64,000 nucleotides of DNA, from positions 2,852,001 to 2,916,000 of the forward strand of contig CM035358.1 in NCBI GenBank assembly GCA_020137815.1, given 5' to 3'. Positions within the stretch are counted from its first letter, which is position 1; each line of letters begins with the position of its first letter. Shown one piece after another: positions 57,880 to 64,000 of the stretch. The DNA is from Hormiphora californensis (taxonomy: Eukaryota > Animalia > Ctenophora). The notes under the pieces are model-generated. The model searched no databases. It was not told where the DNA came from and worked only from the letters and a program-made list of their open reading frames with translations. The position numbers and the translations under genes were made by a program.

Positions 57880-59054
57880 ACTCACTCTATCTCTCTCTCT
57901 CTCACTCACTCTCACTCTATCTCTCTCAATGTGACAAATCAGCGTGCGTTGTCCATCACGTGGTGCTGTGGTCCTGGTCTTCCTACCTGGATGAGAGAGA
58001 AATAGAGAGATAGGTAGAGATAGGTAGAGAGAGAGAGAGAGAGAGAGAGAGGACAGATGTTAGGGGTGTGGTAAATTAACTATAATGGTATCCTAACCCA
58101 TTCCAGGTACCACGCGAGCCAGGTAAACCAGGGAAGGGAAACTACTGGGCCCTGGACCCCGCCGCTGAGGACATGTTCGATAACGGGAGTTACAGGCGCA
58201 GAAGGAAGAGGTTCAAGAGGCCAAACAACCATGGTAGGTTTTAAAATAATGCTTCGTTATTTAAAACAGTACTTCTTCATCTGCCCAGAATCTACTGATC
58301 ATGCCCATCCGAAAGGAGGAAGCTAAATTCCTCAATGAAATTTGATTTGTCTAACTTGCTTTGAGATTCCCCGACAATTCTCAAACAACATTCTTTTACT
58401 TTTAGGTGAAGCGTTCACAGCCTCAGCTGGCTATCAAGTGGAGCCCTCCCAACTAGACCTGGACAGGGCGGGTGGGTCAGTGGGTCCCATTATGACCACC
58501 TCCGGCTACCATCATCACCACACTATTGGTCCTGATAACCTCTTCACCAACATAGAGTCCCTTATGAATGAAGTTAACAGCCCCCATAGACTGAATATAA
58601 ATAGTGTCCAGAGTTTGAAAGATATTCATAATTCTGCTGCCACGGCTGGGAGCCTAGAACACGGTCATGGTAGCCCGGTACCACCCGGGGGTGGCGGGGG
58701 TGTTCCATATGGGTACACAGAACACTACATGGGATTTGGGGAAATACCAACCTTTCCATTCGCGACCACAGTAGAGGTAAGTCACTAACTTTTAAAGTTT
58801 ATTATCTTGATTTTAACCAACTTTAAAAAGTATCTTGATATTGGTTAGGTTGCGTGTAAAATCTTGGATCCATGTCCCAAATGTATTCCTAACCAGCTCT
58901 TATTGCCCTGCAGGGTGGAGAGTGGCCCTTTAGGAGGCTAGAAGGACAGCGGTTATTGGCTGCCGGTACCGGTGAACTTCTACCCGAACCTAATATGTAT
59001 CACAGTCCCCCAGGGGCCCACCCACAAACTCAATACTTCCCTACTGTGACGTGA
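54281..59054 (+). CDS. fox: Forkhead-box transcription factor 2, tandem paralog
   Basis: Exons 54281-54571, 55533-55770, 55910-56018, 57377-57497, 58107-58233, 58406-58776, 58914-59054 join in frame. Domain [99 protein letters not shown]. Same two intradomain intron positions as Fox1. Confidence 0.92.
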
Positions 59055-59650
59055 AGTCTGGAAAATTAAAATTCAAGTTTTTAGATAACTTTCAATTTGA
59101 TGGTGTCAGTTTTACCATAATGGCCATGTATTATTTACTCAATTATTATTGTATCGTGTTTGTGTTGGATTAAATTTTGAGTTTTTTGACCGTTTGGTTT
59201 AACTTGTGTGTGTCAGTGTGTGATTTATCAATGTTCTAACATTCTATTTAAGTTCAACTAAACAACAATTCAGTTATTTGATTGCTCCATGGTGTAATTT
59301 TCAACCTCCCAGATTTTCCATGAAACTGTTCCGGGAAGAAACCTGAGGTTTCAGGACTAAAGGGCCGTAACTGTAAACTGGGGTTCAACCCCACTCGGTC
59401 ACTGTTTGTCTGCCTGTCTGTATCAAAACACAATCTGTCTGTCTTTCTGTCTCCCAGTCCGTCTGTAAAAGTATCTCTGTCTGTTCGTCAGTCTGTCCCT
59501 TCGTCTGTCCTCTAACTCCCTTCCTAGATCTATCCAATCCCTCTGCAGTAGCTGCCTTGAGGAGTATTGAGGTGCCTGTCATGTGCTCTATAATTGTGCT
59601 AGAGTTCCGGCTCCCCCTGAGTGCAGCTCTACACTCTAATTGTACACAGT

Positions 59651-61145
59651 ATGATGTGTTTTGTATCTGCCCTGATCCTAGTTCTCCAAATATTGATCCA
59701 GTGTGTCCTTGCCACATGCCCAATTGAGAAGAAAGAAGTACCAGAAACCAATGCCGAGTTTATTGGTACCACCTGGGCAGATAGTAATAATCTAGCACTT
59801 GCCGTGAGTAGATACCATATTGTGATTCACTTGTTCATGTTGACTGTGTTCCCCGTCTATGAATCCACTTGAAAGTCAAACATTGAGAGAGTTTTGGATT
59901 CCCAAAACTAAAATTCCCTCCCCTTCCCTCGCAGGACGACACACAGTTCGTACTAAAGTGTGCCCAGGCAAATCACGTGTTTGTTAATAGTGTTCGGGCT
60001 GTTGACAATGTTAACATCACCTCTCTAGACAGCTCAGGACAAGTAACAGGTATGTGCTTTGTTCTATTCCTGCGACCCACTCAGTTCTTGTTATTTTCTA
60101 ACCCTCCCTTTACATTTGTAAAGGTAGGTGTGGGGCGCCCGAAACAAAGTCTAGCCAGGCAACTCAGTTCCAGATCTCCGTCTTCATCAACCCCATGTCC
60201 CACTGCCTCAAAATCTCCCATATCTCTTCATGTCTCTCCCTCTCTCTCCTTGTTTATCTCCATCTCTCCCTCCTTGTTTTTCTCTCTCCTTATCTCTCTC
60301 CCTCCCTCCCACAGGAACGTGTACGGTGAACAACATGATACCCAATATCTTTGTAACAGACAGGGTGTACAACAGTTACAATGACAGGACCAGGAAGTTT
60401 TACTGTGCACGTGGGTGCAATCCGTTGAAACCCGCCGGTCAAACTATCTCCTACCCATCAACTCTTTTAGGTAGAAATATCCTTCTTTTAGTTTCATTTT
60501 CAAGTCGTCATTGAGCACCCCCTCTGAACGTGTTTTATTCAGGAAACGAAGCGAACTCCCCTCCCATCCGAGTGAGCGATGAGATAGTGACGGTGAAATG
60601 TGCTGAAAAGTACGCACAGGCTGTGGGGGATTCAGGTGCAACGGAGACACAATGTACCAAGAACGGGTGGTCCAAGACTAGTAGCCAGTTGGTGAAGTGT
60701 GTCAATGGCTGCCCTGATGTGAGGAAGATTGACAATGGGAAAACTAGGGCCACCCTGACTGGGAGTGAGGGGGAACCTCCCTTTATAATTGGGGATATCA
60801 TCCCTTTCGAATGTGAAGAAGGGTAAGTTGCAACTTCAAAAAAAACTAGCTTTCCAATGACACACATTTCCCGATGGGAAATCACCATAGTTTTACGCTT
60901 AACCACCCACCACCCACACTCCACAGCCTGTAACGTTACCTATGTCTCCCACTAGGTACGTTCTGGTAGGGTACAGAACCCTGACTTGCACGAGTGATTA
61001 CAAGTGGAGCGACAACATTCCTGAGTGTGTCCAAGTCGCCCTGGCAGAGGAAGCAGGCAGCGCTACCAGCAGTTCTATAGTTCCAACCTCCCTGATACTG
61101 CCCATTGTGCTTCTTGTGTGGACAATTGTGTGTACTGTGAAGTGA
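59651..61145 (+). CDS. Sushi/CCP-domain cell-surface protein with signal peptide and hydrophobic C-terminus (GPI signal or TM)
   Basis: Exons ~59651-59803, 59935-60049, 60315-60470, 60543-60822, 60956-61145. CPDVRKIDNG..GDIIPFECEEGYVLVGYRTLTCTSDYKWSDNIPEC is a typical CCP module; tail SLILPIVLLVWTIVCTVK. Confidence 0.8.
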
Positions 61146-61235
61146 AGGAGTATAAACACAATATGATGGAATGAGACATTGAACTGGAACAAAGATTAAA
61201 TGTGACATAATTGACAATGGTATTCAATTTGGTAT

Positions 61236-63394
61236 TACCTCGACCAAAACGCGGAGTTTTTACGTCAGCCGACCCGAAACCGGATTAAATTTTGCCACCC
61301 GCTGGTCTCAGGGCCTCCAAATATGTCAAAATATGTTTAAATTATCATTTGGGATCATGCAGACCTTTTAATTACATGTAATTACCCTTTAATTACATGT
61401 AATTACCCTTTAATTACATGTAATTACTTCCAATTACATTCCAATTACTTCAGCACCTCGAGAGCTTTCCAACGCACCCTAGAACATCTTTCTACTCCTT
61501 CTAATTGCCGAGTTCTGTTTACCCCTTATTTTGACTGTTTTTCGCGTCCTACCCCTTATAGGTTTGGGTATGGCCATCGCCACACCCCCTATACGTCGCG
61601 GGACCTCGAGACCTTTCCAACGAGCCATAGAACACCTCTCTACTACTTCAGGGGGCTTCAAAACTTTCACTCTAAAAATATCTATGGTTTTATGGTTTTA
61701 TGGTTTATGGTTACCTCGACCAAAACGCGGAGTTTTTACGTCAGCCGACCCGAAACCGGATTAAATTTTGCCACCCGCTGGTCTCAGGGCCTCCAAATGT
61801 GTCAAAATATGTCTGAATTGTCATTTGGGGTCATTTAGACCTTTTAATTACATGTAATTACCCTTTAATTACATGGTTTTACCAAAACGCGGAGTTTTTA
61901 CGTCAGCCGACCCGAAACCGGATTAAATTTGGCCACCCGCTGGTCTCAGGGCCTCAAAATACGTCAAAATATGTTTAAATTATCATTTGGGATCATGCAG
62001 ACCTTTTAATTACATGTAATGACCCTTAATTACATGTAATGACCCTTAATTACATGTAATTACCCTTTAATTACATGTAATTACTTCCAATTACATTCCA
62101 ATTACTTCAGCACCTCGAGAGCTTTCCAACGCACCCTAGAACATCTTTCTACTCCTTCTAATTGCCGAGTTCTGTTTACCCCTTATTTTGACTGTTTTTC
62201 GCGTCCTACCCCTTATAGGTTTGGGTATGGCAATCGCCACACCCCCTATACGTCGCGGGATCTCGAGACCTTTCCAACGAGCCATAGAACACCTCTCTAC
62301 GACTTCAGGGGGCTTCAAAACTTTCACTCTAAAAATATCTATGGTTATGGTTTTATGGTTTATGGTTTACCTCGACCAAAACGCGGAGTTTTTACGTCAG
62401 CCGACCCGAAACCGGATTAAATTTTGCCACCCACTGGTCTCAGGGCCTCCAAATATGTCAAAATTTGTCTGAATTGTCATTTGGGGTCATTTAGACCTTT
62501 TAATTACATGTAATTACCCTTTAATTACATGTAATTACATTTTAATTACATGTAATTACTTCCAATTACATTCCAATTACTTTAGGACCTCGAGAGCTTT
62601 CGAACGCACCCTAGAACACCTTTCTACTCCTTATAATTGCCGAGTTCTGTATACCCCTTATTTTGACTGTTTTTCGCGTCCTACCCCTTATAGGTTTGGG
62701 TATGGTCATCGCCACACCCCCTATACGTCGCGGGACCTCGAGACCTTTCCAACGAGCCATAGAACACCTCTCTACTACTTCAGGGTGCTTCAAAACTTTC
62801 ACTCTAAAAATATCTATGGTTATGGTTTTATGGTTTATGGTTTATGGTTTTATGGTTTTTTTTCATCTGGTATTAAGGGCCTGTCGGCTCGGCCCCGTTT
62901 TTTTAGTTTTAGGGGGGATATTTTAGGGGGGATGGGTTGAGTTTGGGTTATATTCGGGTCGGGGGGCCTTGCCAGGCCCCGAATGGTTTATGGTTTTATG
63001 GTTTTTTTTTCATCTGGTATTAAGGGCCTGTCGGCTCGGCCCCGTTGTTTTAGTTTTAGGGGGGGATGTTTTAGGGGGGATGGGTTGAGTTTGGGTTATA
63101 TTCGGGTCGGGGGGGCCTTGCCAGGCCCCGAATGGTTTTTTTTTCATCTGGTATTAAGGGCCTGTCGGCTCGGCCCCGTTGTTTTAGTTTTAGGGGGGAT
63201 GTTTTAGTGGGGATGGGTTGAGTTTGGGTTATATTCGGGTCGGGGGGCCTTGCCAGGCCCCGAATGGTTTTTTTTCATCTGGTATTAAGGGCCTGTCGGC
63301 TCGGCCCCGTTGTTTTAGTTTTAGGGGGGATGTTTTAGGGGGGATGGGTTGAGTTTGGGTTATATTCGGGTCGGGGGGCCTTGCCAGGCCCCGA
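61236..63394. repeat. Composite tandem array: ~450-bp unit (3 near-full copies plus 1 truncated) followed by a ~122-bp GC-rich unit (4 copies), joined by (TATGGTT)n-like linkers
   Basis: Unit A starts (ttacctcg)accaaaacgcgg at ~61236, 61712, 61881, 62368 and has internal aattacatgtaatt palindromic subrepeats. Unit B is ttcatctggtattaagggcctgtcggc...ccaggccccgaa. Confidence 0.85.
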
Positions 63395-64000
63395 ATTGAT
63401 TCAGAATTCAAATTCAAGTGGATCACTTGTTTACAATGACATGACACTGGACAGGCTCAGGCTGCAAGGTCCCTGCCACTGACCTGGGAGTCCCAATGGT
63501 CGCTGCACTAATTAGAGGCAGTGTACTAATACTAATAGACTGTCAATGTGTATTATAGGGCGAGGGACCTCATCGACCCCATTCAACCCCAGTTGTCGAT
63601 ATATGGAGCACATCCAGTACCACCTGTCCACATGGCTACTTTTTGTCTGTAACCATGTTCGCGCTAATAAAACCGCCAATTTCAATAGAATTGTAAGACG
63701 TAGGCGCTTGTTGGCGCTAATTGGGTTGCAGACAAAAAGTGACCATATAATATTACGAGCAGAGGAAAACACGTAAATTTTTGTGTTTTTGTAATGCATT
63801 TGGAAGGTTCATCAAGCAACGATAACTCAAACAAAATCATAGTTCATCTCCTCGTTTTACACCTCAATTGAGCCGCTAAAAGTTCAAGTTGCACAAAAAT
63901 ATATCACTCAAAACAGTTCTTAAATCCACGATGTGTGCTCAATTAGTGTCCTTTCAATCCAGTTGTGATCTATCCTTAATCAGAGTCACCGCACATACAG

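Noticed and set aside
61479-62926. Repeated 63-94 aa ORFs
   Set aside because: They arise from the tandem repeat unit and show no protein-family signal.

Overview
Eukaryotic, intron-rich animal genomic DNA, most likely a ctenophore and probably Pleurobrachia-like. This is inferred from the innexin motifs and a short interspersed repeat I associate with that genome; it was not verified by search. All supported genes are on the + strand: (1) an intronless secreted two-domain, Ig-like protein with two compensating frameshifts; (2) two tandem innexin genes; (3) two tandem paralogous secreted or surface proteins with exon-per-module Cys-rich (Ephrin_rec_like/GCC2-GCC3-type) repeats; (4) two tandem forkhead-box genes; (5) a Sushi/CCP protein with a probable GPI/TM tail. 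Non-autonomous DNA transposons (hAT-like, Kolobok-like, Helitron-like), hairpin MITEs, CT microsatellites and a terminal composite tandem array fill the rest. The most striking feature is that two introns of innexin-2 are filled with tandem copies of their own 3' splice site plus the start of the next exon (roughly 155 copies of a 46-48 nt unit, and 21 acceptors from a 49 nt unit). In both arrays the last acceptor is the one that restores the intact innexin ORF. Smaller donor-site and branch-point arrays occur in neighbouring genes. Both the innexin pair and the Fox pair carry short tracts of near-perfect nucleotide identity that suggest gene conversion. Two segments (about 16270-16930 and 39880-40860) look like low-quality sequence. 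Exon coordinates were derived by hand.
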